A DNA stretch of 63,630 nucleotides, filler included, from Octopus bimaculoides (taxonomy: Eukaryota): the NCBI RefSeq assembly GCF_001194135.2. It is 5 parts of 3 records of this genome, joined end to end, with 100 filler letters (N's around TTAATTAATTAA, not from the genome) between each part and the next. Parts side by side here need not be neighbours in the genome. Positions count along the whole stretch, not along the records: positions 16,551 to 42,735 come from NC_068981.1; positions 42,836 to 61,220 come from NC_068981.1; 3 more parts are not named here. One strand, given 5' to 3'. Positions 41,953-55,055 of the stretch are shown here, one piece after another. Under the pieces are notes generated by a model. The model ran no database searches. It had not been told where the DNA came from and saw only the letters and a list, made by a program, of their open reading frames with translations. The translations under genes were made by a program, and so were the position numbers. Positions within the stretch are counted from its first letter, which is position 1. The number at the start of each line of letters is the position of its first letter.

Positions 41953-42682
41953 GCTACCTTTTATTTTAAATATTTTTCTATTTTCAGTCGTAAATCACTT
42001 GCGAGAATAAAGAAATTATTACTGTTTAGATTAAGCAAAGAAATATAACGTGCTTACGTGTGTGTGTGTGTGCGCGCACACACGTGTGTTTGTATATGTA
42101 TTTGTATGTTTACGAAAAAATAAGATAAGGAAATAAAGATAATAATTAAAAAAAAGAGTAAAATGAAAATAAATAAAAATAATAAATTCCAATCAACTAA
42201 AAGCATAACAATGAGTTCTGGTATCTGGACAGAAGATTTACGAGAATTGAAAGATCTAAAATAAAAGTATAGTATAATTTTATTTTATTTTCTTTATCAA
42301 TAAAGCTAAAATAACAGGCAAATAAAATTAATATATTAAATGTCACTAAATCTAGCCTTTAAACACAGGAACTGCAGTCGCTGAGTTGAATAGAAATAGC
42401 CCATTTCTAAAAGGCATTAACTTGGAGAGGTGACCTGTGTCAACATGACAATCTGATAAACTTTTACTATTCATGCCTGCAAGGCTAAAAGCATTCGGAC
42501 GACAGTTAGTGCAATGAGATCCAAATCCAGCGTTTTTCCTGACAAACAGCTGGCAAATCGTATGTTATGTTCTGGATGAATCGGTGAGAATTGAACAGAA
42601 AGAGACGAGACGTGTTCGAAAAGAGACGAGCAGAATTACTGCGATTTGTTCCACTTCCCTTTACCAAACTTCATTCTGTCTG

Positions 42683-42735
<53 letters not shown>

Positions 42736-43393
42736 NNNNNNNNNNNNNNNNNNNNNNNNNNNNNNNNNNNNNNNNNNNNTTAATTAATTAANNNNNNNNN
42801 NNNNNNNNNNNNNNNNNNNNNNNNNNNNNNNNNNNTATATATATATATATATATATGTAATGTGAGATAATAGTTTCACTATGTACATATTATATAACAT
42901 AGTGTAACTATTAAAAGTGATACTATATCTCACATTACAATAGAGATGTTATTGTTTCACTTTTGACACATAATACTGAAACAGATTAAGAGATTACTCT
43001 CAGCTCGCATTTAGCAAGAATTTGAACATATTGGCCCATGACAGTCCATGGACCCTAAGTAGTGCATGTGTAAAATTTGAATGAAATCAGTTGGGTAGTT
43101 CTCGAGTTTTAGTGATGCACACACCCACATACAAACAGACAGACACACATTCTCAGTTTCATATATATATATAGATAATTGGCAGAGGTTACAGAATTAT
43201 TCAGGGGTCAAGAGCTATACATATTGGCACTTATTGGTAAGTGCCAAAGTATGAAATTCATGACCCTTCAGTCACTCTGTAGCTTGAATTTATATATATA
43301 TATATATATATGTCTGTGTGTGTGTGTGTGTATCATATACACACACACACATATACATACATAAATATACATATATATATATACACATGTATA

Positions 43394-43447
<54 letters not shown>

Positions 43448-44316
43448 TGTTGGCACTCCGTCGCTTACGACGTCGAGGGTTTCAGTTGATCCGGTCAACG
43501 GAACAGCCTGCTCGTGAAATTAACGTGCAAGTGGCTGAGCACTCCACAGACACGTCTACCCAAAACATAGTTCTCCGGGATATTCAGCATGACACAGTGT
43601 GACAAGGCTGGCCCTTTGAAATACGGGTACAACAGAAACAGGAAGTAAGAGTGAGAGAAAGTTGTGGTGAAAGAGTACAGNNNNNNNNNNNNNNNNNNNN
43701 NNNNNNNNNNNNNNNNNNNNNNNNNNNNNNNNNNNNNNNNNNNNNNNNNNNNNNNNNNNNNNNNNNNNNNNNNNNNNNNNNNNNNNNNNNNNNNNNNNNN
43801 NNNNNNNNNNNNNNNNNNNNNNNNNNNNNNNNNNNNNNNNNNNNNNNNNNNNNNNNNNNNNNNNNNNNNNNNNNNNNNNNNNNNNNNNNNNNNNNNNNNN
43901 NNNNNNNNNNNNNNNNNNNNNNNNNNNNNNNNNNNNNNNNNNNNNNNNNNNNNNNNNNNNNNNNNNNNNNNNNNNNNNNNNNNNNNNNNNNNNNNNNNNN
44001 NNNNNNNNNNNNNNNNNNNNNNNNNNNNNNNNNNNNNNNNNNNNNNNNNNNNNNNNNNNNNNNNNNNNNNNNNNNNNNNNNNNNNNNNNNNNNNNNNNNN
44101 NNNNNNNNNNNNNNNNNNNNNNNNNNNNNNNNNNNNNNNNNNNNNNNNNNNNNNNNNNNNNNNNNNNNNNNNNNNNNNNNNNNNNNNNNNNNNNNNNNNN
44201 NNNNNNNNNNNNNNNNNNNNNNNNNNNNNNNNNNNNNNNNNNNNNNNNNNNNNNNNNNNNNNNNNNNNNNNNNNNNNNNNNNNNNNNNNNNNNNNNNNNN
44301 NNNNNNNNNNNNNNNN

Positions 44317-44394
<78 letters not shown>

Positions 44395-44708
44395 CATATC
44401 ATTGAGACACAGTTGAATTAAGTGCTTAAGTTGAAGCATCAAGTCAGTCTGATATTATTGCACAGCTCAAAGTCAGGTGAATAAAATCTAAATAAGCAAC
44501 AGGATATCAAGAAGTGATGCAGTAGAACTGTTTCAAACAGCTCCATTTAATTGAACAACGCAATCATTACACCAAGTTAAATGCATTTTATTGTACCCGC
44601 AATCTGATATACTCGTATGTACAGAATATAGTAAATTTTTCAATCATAAAATTTATGCATAGGAAAACAATATCAGCGATGTATGTATGTATGTATGTAT
44701 GTATTATA

Positions 44709-45118
44709 TGAGGTGGCATTAAAAGGTTCCAGGGTTAATTATATTTAATAAAAAAATAACTTATCTAAGCTTTAGCATCATCTCCTTTGAAATAGTTGCC
44801 TTGCCCAGCATTCCTGCCACTTTTGGAATCTGACCTGGAAGTCGTTTTCCATAAGCAAGTTGAGGACTTTCTGAAATTTGCTTTGGACCTCAACAACAGT
44901 GTTAAAACAGCTACCTTTGAGCTGCATTTTCATCTTGGGGAAGAGATGGAGGTCACAGGCGCAGGAGTGGCTGTGTGGTAAGTAGCTTGCTTACCAACCA
45001 CATAGTTCCGGGTTCATTCCCACTGCGTGGCATCTTGGGCAAGTGTCTTCTACTATAGCCTCGGGCTGACCAAAGCCTTGTGAGTGGATTTGGTAGACAG
45101 AAACTGAAAGAAGCCCAT

Positions 45119-45155
<37 letters not shown>

Positions 45156-45880
45156 ATATGTTTGTGTGTCTGTGTTTGTCCCCCCCCCCATAACATTGCT
45201 TGACAACCGATTCTGGTGTGTTTAGGTCCCTATAACTTAGCAGTTCGGCAAAAGAGACCGATAGAATAAGTACTAGGCATCCAAAGAATAAGTCCTGGGG
45301 TCGATTTGCTCGACTAAAGGTGGTGCTCCAGCATGGCCGCGGTCAAATGACTGAAACAAGTAAAAGAGTAAAGAGTCCACAGGTGCTGAATCTGGTGGGT
45401 ACAGAAGTGATACCATGTTGTCTTTGGTGATAATCTCACAAGTAAGGAGAGCTTGGTGGCAGGGTGCATTGTTGTCATGAAGAATCCAATTCTTTGTGCT
45501 CCACAGATCTGGTTGCTTTTGCCAAATGTCCTCCCACAAACACTTCAAAACATCACAGTAGAACTCTGGATTGATGGTCTGGCCCTGGGGAATGAATTCT
45601 TGATGCACAATACCACATATCTGGGATTGATGCTTGTGACAGGTCTTCCAGATTGCTCATCATCTTCCAACGATGTTCTTCCACTTCTAAAGTGCCTGTG
45701 CCACTTGAAACATTGCACATGACTCATTGCCTTGTCACTATAAGCCTGTCGAAGCATGCTCAATGTCTCTGTAGCAGACGTCCAAAGTTTAATGCAAAAT
45801 TTCACGTTGGCTCTTTGTTCCTGTCCCTGACAAAATCACAGATTACAGCATACATGTGATCACAAAAACATAAATTTCAC
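44709..45880 (-). mobile_element. Internally deleted mariner interrupted by a SINE
   Basis: KFCIKL..ATETLSML..AY...KWHRHFRSGRTSLEDDEQSGRP; HQEFIPQGQTINPEFYCDVL; LHDNNAPCH. Right end approximate. Confidence 0.82.
44958..45376 (+). mobile_element. SINE family A inserted in a mariner
   Basis: Full-length match to 20076-20486. Confidence 0.9.
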
Positions 45881-46589
45881 AAGATTAGGAACGCTTAGCT
45901 GGAGAGAGATGCAGAGGACAAGCCTGTATGTAAGAACAACCACTCTTTTACTTAGCTCGGCGTACATATGTACGCAAGTAAGTGTGATTTCGTCATCATA
46001 AGGCGAGCATGAGTAATAACACATAGATACATATGTACATACATACATAGATGACGAACAAAAAATATTTCCAACTACATCAATATATGTCAACTGAGAG
46101 GAAGTATAACAAACATAAAATTGTTGTTGAGATGCTACTTCCTGTGAAGTAAGACGTCCAGATATCTGTGAAGCACTTAATATAGTGTGATACATACGAA
46201 GAATAAGACAGGAAATTCATGTATAGCAAATAATAATAATGTGAAGTGTGTACACACCTATTAATATAAACAATACTTGTCGATAGATGAGAAATATTCG
46301 GTCAATAAATGCTAAGATATAGTCTGGACAGTGTTCTTTAAGACAAAAACAAAACAAGACCACAAAAAGATAGCCATCCACCAAAGAATGAATTAATTAC
46401 AGTAAGTGTATGAGAATTATCTCTAGTTAATTTTGTCTTTCTTTCTTGTTTATATAAATGTTTTATACATACACACATACATATATGTATGTGTGTGTAT
46501 ATACGTATATATGTATGTGTATATATGTGTGTGTGTATATATGTATGTTTTTCGTTGTAAGGCTTTATTTTTTAGTTGATTTTCACCTA

Positions 46590-46651
46590 GCAAGACTTAT
46601 CATAGATGGCATAATAAGTCACACCCGGACAACGTCGGGTTATACTGCTAG
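46590..46651 (+). mobile_element. Helitron-like 3' terminus
   Basis: Hairpin acccggac-aac-gtcgggt (46623-46640) followed 7 nt later by CTAG|T. Confidence 0.5.
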
Positions 46652-46958
46652 TATATATATATATATATATATATATAGTTTTAGGGAAAAGAACCAAGGT
46701 TCATGAACTCATCGATGAAAATCTAAAGCTCAATGTAAAATTGTAAAGCTCAATTTAATTTTAATTTTTTATAAATTGATTTTAATTGAGTGTTTACCTG
46801 TAATTTTGGATTTTGTCCCTAATATTATTATATATATATAATATGGGTGTTTAGTTCACTGGTGATCTAAACAAATGGATTATCAGGGTTCTGGATATTT
46901 ATGCTGTGAAAATACTTTGCTGTAATACATACGGACTAACATCCATACCCTCTGAAAA

Positions 46959-47126
46959 ATGAACTGTGAACTTTATTTCCTTACTCTCTACTCTTCCATT
47001 TCATTGCTTATTATCTGCAAATTTTCCATGTCTAGATCTTTCATATGTTCTCTACTTGGCTCTGATGATGGAACACCCCATATTCAGGCATATTTGCCTA
47101 TCACTTGGGATATCTCAGAAACAGCT
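46959..47126 (+). CDS. Candidate first exon with signal-peptide-like N-terminus (MNCELYFLTLYSSISLLIICKFSMS...ISETA)
   Basis: ORF with a hydrophobic start. A possible donor ct|gtaaga at phase 0 is compatible with 47760-47820. The pyrimidine-rich start could instead be an intron acceptor tract. Confidence 0.25.
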
Positions 47127-47219
47127 GTAAGACCTCAACTAAGTTAAGAATAATAATGTATATGACTTGAGATGTTTGTTATGCCTTGGCATTTGTTGTC
47201 CTCTTTCACAAATATAAAT

Positions 47220-47273
<54 letters not shown>

Positions 47274-47759
47274 TCATCATATGTGTGTGTGTGTGTGTGT
47301 ACATAAAATTAATCCAAACAAGTGGAGGAAAAGGAGAAATGAAGTTGCAAAAGCACAGAGAATATATTAGAATTATTTCAAATTTCATTATACCTTAAAA
47401 TATAGGAATGCACTTGGCTGGTTTCACATGAGATTTTCAAAAGTGTATAGTGTATGGAGTTGTTTTGTAAATTATGTCTATTTTGATCATTATTATAAAA
47501 ATAGTTTGTTTTCAAAGTAGGAATCTGGCAATATATATAAAGAGCCTCTAAATGTATTAAATGTATACATACCATTAAAAGGCATGATGTTATGGAATTG
47601 TCTGAGATAAAATCTCTTCATTGACCTGTGTTAAAAACACAATGTATATCAGAGTGAGATAAATGTTGCTGCGGTGACTCGTGAGAATGACTTTCTTGAG
47701 ACTCGTCAATGGCAAGCATCTGTCACCTGTTTTAACAAAATTTGTACCTTGTTATATAG

Positions 47760-47820
47760 GAAACAGTGAATAAAATATTTACTAGCACTGCTGATGTTTG
47801 CCATGCTGTAGAAAAATTTG
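47760..47820 (+). CDS. Candidate upstream exon ETVNKIFTSTADVCHAVEKF(G/D)
   Basis: ttgtaccttgttatatag| acceptor and ttg|gtaaac donor. 61 nt, open only as phase 0 to phase 1. Link to the downstream gene is unproven. Confidence 0.3.
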
Positions 47821-47972
47821 GTAAACACAATGGAAACAGTATTAAATTAAAATAACCACCTGTGTATCATACTAAATGTATATGTACTGTTAGAAGGCAT
47901 AATACTGTGTCTGTTTCATATATTTAGCATTCTCACAAGCTACTACAGGATTGTTATTTCATCTCCCTCTGA

Positions 47973-48073
<101 letters not shown>

Positions 48074-48177
48074 TTATATATAGAGGGTGATAAATTGAAT
48101 ATTAATTCAATTGAAAACCAAGTGGCCTAGCATATAAAAAATCTGAAAATTCAGAAAAATTGTATTACGTGTGTATA

Positions 48178-48485
48178 AGAAGGGATGACCACTAAGTGGA
48201 CATCCTATATGCTAGAAAGAGGTCATCAATGACCCAACCACAAAGAAAAATAGTGTTCTCCAGAAAAAATTTTCGCAAAACACCAGAGCATAGCGAGCAA
48301 GACAAAATGAGAAATATACAGAATAAAAGAATTCTTTTATTCTGTGTATTTCTCATTTTGTCTTGCCCGCTATACTCTGATGTTTTGCGAAATTTTTTTC
48401 TGGAGAACATTATTTTTCTTTGTGGTAGGGTCGTTGATCACCTCTTTCTAGCATATAGGATGTCCACTTAGTGGTCATCCCTTCT
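48178..48485. mobile_element. Spacerless 308-bp palindrome, MITE-like, TA flanks
   Basis: 154-bp arms centred on GAATTC (48329-48334); I count 9 mismatches. Confidence 0.85.
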
Positions 48486-48956
48486 TACACACACACACAC
48501 ATATATATTGTTTTCAAATGCAGTACATCAATAAGAGATGTCTCAGATGAATATTCTTCCTAGCTTCTTTGAATGATTATTAATGATCGTAATGCTCTCT
48601 CACTGTCACAGCTGGATTCCTTGTGTTGTCTCTAGTATTTCATTATTGAATTCAAGTTCATCAGGCAAATTGAATTTACCATGTTTAAATTTTTTAAACC
48701 TTTTTTTGTTATTTCTTACATATATACATACATGCATTGTCATCATTGTTTAATGCCCATGTTTTATGCTGGCATGGGTTGGAAAGTTAGACAGGATGTG
48801 ATTGGCTCAAGGACTGCATCACATATGTGTCTACTTGGGGGCATAAGGATGGCCTCTTAACTCATATTTATTGTAATTATTCATTAATGCTTTGTCTGTT
48901 AATTTGCAGAGATTACAAACCATCAATAGAAAAAGAAAGAAAATTTGTATTAAATA

Positions 48957-49038
48957 ATGAACTTCCAAACAACACCAGATCATGAAAGAACTTATTCAAC
49001 AGATGCAAGCCAATCACATATGCTACATTTCCATGCAA
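48957..49038 (+). CDS. Probable upstream coding segment MNFQTTPDHERTYSTDASQSHMLHFHA (exon starts ~48910)
   Basis: Acceptor tttgtctgttaatttgcag| at 48909 and donor caa|gtaagt at 49039. The phase-1 end matches the TM exon. The ATG has A at -3 and an in-frame upstream stop. Confidence 0.5.
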
Positions 49039-49263
49039 GTAAGTTCTTAATTATTTTAATCGATTTCATATATTAGTGTATGTCATCCAGGAGTGTTACC
49101 ATACTTGCCACGCTTGACACAGTGGGTTTGTAAGCCTTTTAGAGGGCTTTTTCTTCATGCAGGAATATGTTGGGGCTTGTTCTTTACTGTTGATACTCGC
49201 ATGACACATGGACACACACACACATGAAAATAAATAAGTAAAAAAAGTTGAAAGGTTAAAAAA

Positions 49264-49636
49264 TAGGGGTGGCTGTGTGGTAAGTAGCTTGCTTACCAAC
49301 CACATGATTCCGGGTTCAGTCCCACTGCGTGGCATCTTGGGCAAGTGTCTTCAACTATAGCCTCGGGCGGACCAAAGCCTTGTGAGTGGATTTGGTAGAC
49401 GGAAACTGAAAGAAGCCCGTCGTATATATGTATATATATGTGTTTGTGTTTGTCCCCCTAGCATTGCTTGACAACCGATGCTGGTGTGTTTATGTCCCCG
49501 TCACTTAGCGGTTCGGCAAAAGAGACCGATAGAATAAGTACTAGGCTTACAAAGAATAAGTCCTGGGATCGATTTGCTCGACTAAAGGCGGTGCTCCAGC
49601 ATGGCCGCAGTCAAATGACTGAAACAAGTAAGAGAG
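49264..49636 (+). mobile_element. SINE family A
   Basis: Full-length match to other copies. Confidence 0.9.
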
Positions 49637-49956
49637 TATACATGCTCACAGTCCCTCCTCCAGCACCACCACTTTTGGATGGCCACTGACTTTCCTCTGC
49701 TCTTTTTAATGGGTTTCGTTTTCTGTCCTGCAGGGTGTCTAATAACCACCCTCCTCACTCAGCTTATTTGGTGGGGTTACCAGTTTAGTCACCAATGACC
49801 CAACCAAGACGAAAGACAATATGACAAGATGATCTCAGCTGCTACCTGGGCCTGCATGATCGTGACTGGTCAGAAATAGGCAGTAGTGGAAGGAATCCAG
49901 GGAGGGATTCGTCTTTTAAGAGTAACGAAGCCCAGGTTGAGGTTTAACGTAATGGT

Positions 49957-50164
49957 TCTTTTACTCTTTTACTTGTTTCAGTCATTTGACTGTGGCCATG
50001 CTAGAGCACCGCCTTTAGTCAAGCAAATCAACTCCAGGACTTATTCTTTGTAAGCCTAGTACTTATTTTATCGGTCTCTTTTGCCGAACTGCTAAGTCAC
50101 GAGGACGTAAACACACCACCATCGGTTGTCAAGCGATGTTGGGGGGACAAACACAGGCACACAA

Positions 50165-50225
<61 letters not shown>

Positions 50226-50392
50226 CGATGGGCTTCTTTCAGTTTCCATCTGCCAAATCCACTCACAAGGCTTTGGCTGGCCCGAGGCTATAGTAGAAGA
50301 CACTTGCCCAAGGTACCACGCAATGGGACTGAACCCGGAATCATGTAGTTGGTAAGCAAGCTACTTACCACACAGCCACTCCTACACCTATG
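49957..50392 (-). mobile_element. SINE family A
   Basis: Reverse complement of the family consensus. Confidence 0.9.
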
Positions 50393-51253
50393 GAAATTTC
50401 TGTAGAAAAACAACTAGTAGGGACCTATGAATCAGTCTTTCCTACAATAACCTGGATACAAAATATCTGTTGCATGACATTGTATAAAACTGTCAAAACC
50501 AAGTGATTCCAAACGATTCTCTTTGTTAATGGCCATCTACCATCTTTTGTCAAATATCAGCTTACCAATTATAAATGGAAGGAAGACTGATACTCCCAGA
50601 TTGTTCATGAGACTGTTTTAGTCTGTTAGGGAATCTGTAGGGAGAGCTTGAATGCACAGATGCTACACTCCAATCTCTCCTTGAGGAAATTACTATGTGG
50701 AAATCTTCCATCATCATTCATCATTGTTTAACGTTCCTTTTTTCACCCTAGCATGGGTTGGACGGTTTAACTGGAATTGATAAGCCGGAGAACTACACTA
50801 AACTTCAATGTCTGCTTTGGCAATAGTTTCTACAGCTGAATGCCCTTCATAAATACTCTACAGAGTATACTAGATGCCTTTTTTGTGGCACTGTCACTTG
50901 TGAGGTCACCAAATACTCACAAGACATGATGCCTAGACTGAGTGAAGGATAGTATTGAAGGGGGTGAGAGTATGATAAAGAGACAGGAACATGTGTTTTG
51001 TTAAAGAGAACATATGGCTTCTCCAGTTTGGATCGGGACATAGCCTCAAAGTATAAGATTAATATGTCTACTTATCCATGCTTACATGGGTTGGAGAAAG
51101 TTTGAGGCAGATTTTCTACAGATGTTCTTCTTGTCACCAACCCTCGACCATTTTTCCATTTTTATGGAATATATTAGAAATGAATGACACTGTTTGTAAG
51201 ACAGTAACACATATTTACAACTGTCATGGCAAGAACACACACACACACACATA

Positions 51254-51454
51254 CTCTTTTACTTGTTTCAGTCATTTGACTGTGGCCATGCTGGAGCACC
51301 GCCTTTAGTCGAGCAAATCGACCCCGGGACTTATTCCTTGTAAGCCTAGTACTTATTCTATCGGTCTCTTTTGCCGAACCGCTAAGTGACGGGGACATAA
51401 ACACATCAGCATCGTTTGTCAAGCAATGCTAGGGGGACAAACACAGACACACAA

Positions 51455-51485
<31 letters not shown>

Positions 51486-51590
51486 CATATATACGACGGG
51501 CTTCTTTCAGTTTCCGTCTACCAAGTCCACTCACAAGGCTTTGGTCCGCCCGAGGCTATAGTAGAAGACATTTGCCCAAGATGCCACGCA
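51254..51590 (-). mobile_element. SINE family A (5' end degenerate)
   Basis: Reverse-complement match. Confidence 0.85.
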
Positions 51591-52535
51591 AAGCTTCTTT
51601 CACCAAATTCACTCACAAGACTCAAGGTTATAGAAGCCCAAGGTACCACACGGAAGGACTGAACCTGAAACTGTGTGGTCAGAAAAAGCATAATGTAGCA
51701 AACTGGTAGAAACGTTAGCACGCCGGGTGAAATGCTTAGCGGTATTTCGTCTGCGGCTACGTTCTGAGTTCAAATTCCGTTGAGGTCGACTTTGACTTTC
51801 ATCCTTTCAGGGTCGATTAAATAAGTACCAGTTACGCACTGGGCTCGACATAATCCGTTTGTCTGCCCTTGTTTGTCCTCTCTGTGTGTAGCACCTTGTG
51901 GGCAGTAAAGAAATAAGAAAAGCAATAATGTGTGTGTGTGAGAGAGAGTTATTGCAAAAACTATACACACATTGGCGCAGGCGTGGCTGTGTGGTAAGAC
52001 GTTTGCCTCCCACTCACATGGTTCCAGTGAGTGGATTTGGTAGACGGAAACTGAAACAAGCCCGTCGTATATGTGTGTGTGTGTCTTTGTAGTCTCTCCA
52101 CCATCGCTTGACAACTAATGTTGGTGTGTTTACGTCCCTGTAACTTAGCAGTTCGGCAAAAGATCCCAGTAGAATAAGTACTACACTTACAAAGAATTAG
52201 TCCTGGGGTCGATTTCTTCGACTAAAGCCCTTTAAGGTGGTGTTCCAGCATGACGTATTTGTGTAGCCAACCTTGTTTATCAATATCAAGTTTAAGTAAA
52301 GGGAAATAACTCCTTCTGAATCCGAATTATTTCCCTTTTTTCGTCGTCCCACCTGTCGTGTACTCTTTCACTTTAGCCATAATGACTAGCTATTTCCACC
52401 TTCTTATGCACGGATGTATATATATATATATTAAGCTAATAATAAGGATTATTATTTTTTTTTTTTTTCTTTCCAAATAAGCACATGCAATATATATTTG
52501 TTCTTCACTCATTTATTACTCTTCTTATTCTAACT

Positions 52536-52861
52536 CAGGCCTGGCCAACTCGAATTACATTGCAGGCCACTTTAATGACAGAAAGTGCTGAGGGCCGCTT
52601 GTATACTGACAGAATTGAAAGCATTTTGCTTTCTCATGCTGTTATTACAATAACGAATGAATGATCGTTGATTCAACATGAAATATCGTTGCAAAAACAG
52701 TAGAATCTTTGTGTTTTACTTTGCATAACGAGCTTTAATTTTTGATAAAATTTTTTAAATGTTTGTTTGAAGAAATCCATTTCAAGAAAGTATCAAACTG
52801 GCCGCAAGATAAAAGTCTGCGGGTCACATGCGGCCCATGGGTCTCAGGTTGGCCAGCACTG
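52536..52861. mobile_element. hAT-like non-autonomous element
   Basis: TIRs caggcctggccaac / gttggccagcactg and subterminal tgcggccc; no intact TSD. Confidence 0.5.
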
Positions 52862-53479
52862 TAAAACACATGTCCATTGTCTGGAAATCTTTCGTCACAC
52901 ATCTGTGACCTCTTCAGTGACACTTTTCGTCTTTGTGTGTGCTCTTGCTCCACTTATTTCATTCTGCTCTTCTATGATGCGTATCCTTATGTGAGTATGC
53001 GTTTACATCCGTGTATGTGTGTGAGTATGACCTTCGCTCAACCCCATCCTCTTCGCCTGTTGTTGCAGCTGATTTCCTAGGATCCAAAACTTTGGTATAG
53101 TTTCTGTATCTCTGTGTTCACCTACGATGCTGCCATTGTGGTAATTGTTGTTATTGTTGCCACCGTTGTCACCGCTGCTACTGCTGTCATTGTTAGTACT
53201 GTTGCAGCTGTCTGTGAAGTTACTGTGTGTGTGTGTGTATATATGAGTTCGCTTCTTATGTTGTTCGTATCCATGCCCTTTATATAGATTTATTCATTTA
53301 TTTATCATTTTTCATCTACTTCTATTTCTTATATGTATCACAGGTATGTGCATATATGTCTACTGTGTGTGTATTACCTTGTTTGTATCTATGTTTTATT
53401 TATATTATTATTTATTCCTTATCTCTTCTCCTCTCATCTGTCTTTAGTCATGTGGTGTGGTGGTTACTGTTCCATTCGG

Positions 53480-53900
53480 GTTTTCTATTGAGGCTCAGCC
53501 TGTCTACTGCTATGTGTGTAGCCTCTGTGATCTGTTTAAGTGTCATGTCAGTTCTATGTGTCGATAATACTTTAACCTCTATGCTATTAACCAAGCCTCC
53601 AAGTTCTGCTTGAGTATGTTAGTAGAGCACTGATGAGCCTTTCCCTTCTTTGAGCTCTCACCAGTGTTCACCTATACACTCCCCTATGCTGCATGCAGTC
53701 TCTCCAATGTAAGTAGTTGTCATGTTTCTGCACAGTTCCTCAGTACATCATCAGCTATACACTATGTTCTTAACCTTACAGTTAATCCGTAGGTTCATCC
53801 TACATACAACACAATTGTTCTCCATAGATGGGAACTTATCAAAGGGATAGGTTCTACAGATCAAGGATGTTATAGGGGCATCAGGCCTTTCTGCTACTTT
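53480..53900 (-). mobile_element. Penelope-like element GIY-YIG endonuclease relic
   Basis: NNCVVCRMNLRINCKVKNIVYS**C..LC...TTTYIGETACSIGECIGEHW, which matches CxxC..NVVY..C..C..YIGET.R...R..EH. Confidence 0.78.
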
Positions 53901-53954
53901 AATCCATAGAGTAGCTTTACTTAAATGTTATTCTAAAAAGGTAAAAAAAATGAC

Positions 53955-54352
53955 CAGGAGTGGCTGTGTGGTAAGTAGCTTGCTTACCAACCACATGGTT
54001 CTGGGTTCAGTCCCACTGCGTGGCATCTTGGGCAAGTGTCTTCTACTATAGCCTCGGGCCGACCAAAACCTTGTGAGTGGATTTGGTAGACGGAAACTGA
54101 AAGAAGCCCGTCGTATGTATGTATACATATATTTGTGTGTTTGTGTGTCTGTGTCTGTCCCCCCAACATCGCTTGACAACCGATGCAGGTGTTTTTACGT
54201 CCCCGCAACTTAGCAGTTCGGCAAAAGAGACCGATAGAATAAGTACTAGGCTTGCAAAGAATAAGTCCTAGGGTCGATTTTCTCGACTAAAGGCGGTGCT
54301 CCAGCATGGCCGCAGTCAAATGACTGAAACAAGTAAAAGAGTGAAAGAGAGA
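53955..54352 (+). mobile_element. SINE family A
   Basis: Full-length match. Further partial or degenerate copies lie at ~4975, 16841, 18005, 20855, 40670, 51975, 56035, 58477, 59200, 60240 and 60700. Confidence 0.9.
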
Positions 54353-54475
54353 GTATCCTGAAATACAATATCTATTTCAAGACATGATTTCACATCAGGA
54401 GCTTCTGACAAAAAAAAGTTCCTACTTATGTCTTTTCATGTTTATATTTTCATCCTTTTCCTAATTTTCTTTTAG

Positions 54476-54560
54476 GATTAATTACTTATATTGGCGCTAC
54501 TATATCTGTTGGATTATGCATCATCACTCTTTGTGTCTTGATTTGGTACATCAGGAAACA
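54476..54560 (+). CDS. Internal coding exon encoding a transmembrane helix: (x)LITYIGATISVGLCIITLCVLIWYIRK(Q)
   Basis: Long pyrimidine tract ending ttttag| and a perfect donor |gtgagt. The 85-nt exon (phase 1 to phase 2) is open in this frame only from the acceptor. It gives ~22 hydrophobic residues followed by WY-RK stop-transfer residues. Confidence 0.78.
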
Positions 54561-54710
54561 GTGAGTATCCATTTTTCATTCTTTATTAGGAAGTTACTCC
54601 TCAGAGAATAAAGAACTTGATAAACCCAGCATTCCAATCAGACCAAATTCCCAGATAAATTCTACAGAATGTTTGCATTGTTTTCATCATCATCACCATC
54701 ATTATTGTCA

Positions 54711-55055
54711 GCATGTAAAAAGCACCATCCAAACATGATAGATGCCAGTGTCCCCCGACTGGCTCCCATGCTGGTGGCACATAAGCACCATCCGAACATG
54801 GTCGATGCCAGTGCCCTCTGACTGGTGGCATGTAAAAAGCACCATCCAAACATGGTCAATGCCAGTGCCCACTGACTGGCTCCTGTACCAGTGGCATGTA
54901 AAATGCATCCACTATACTGAGAGGTTGGCATTAGAAAGGGCATCCATGCCAGGTCAGACTGGACTTGGTGCAGCCTGCTGGCTTGCCAGTCCTCAGTCAA
55001 ACCGTCCAACCCATACCAGCAAGGAAAACGGACGTTGAAACGATGATGATGATGA
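54711..55055 (+). mobile_element. Older RTE-related 3'UTR with internal ~60-70 bp tandem units
   Basis: Three related units (gcatgtaaaaagcaccatccaaacat..gatgccagtgccc..gactgg), then the RTE-type tail ggacgttgaaac(gat)n. Confidence 0.65.

Noticed and set aside
48196-48471. Mirror-image ORFs on both strands
   Set aside because: A direct consequence of the DNA palindrome.
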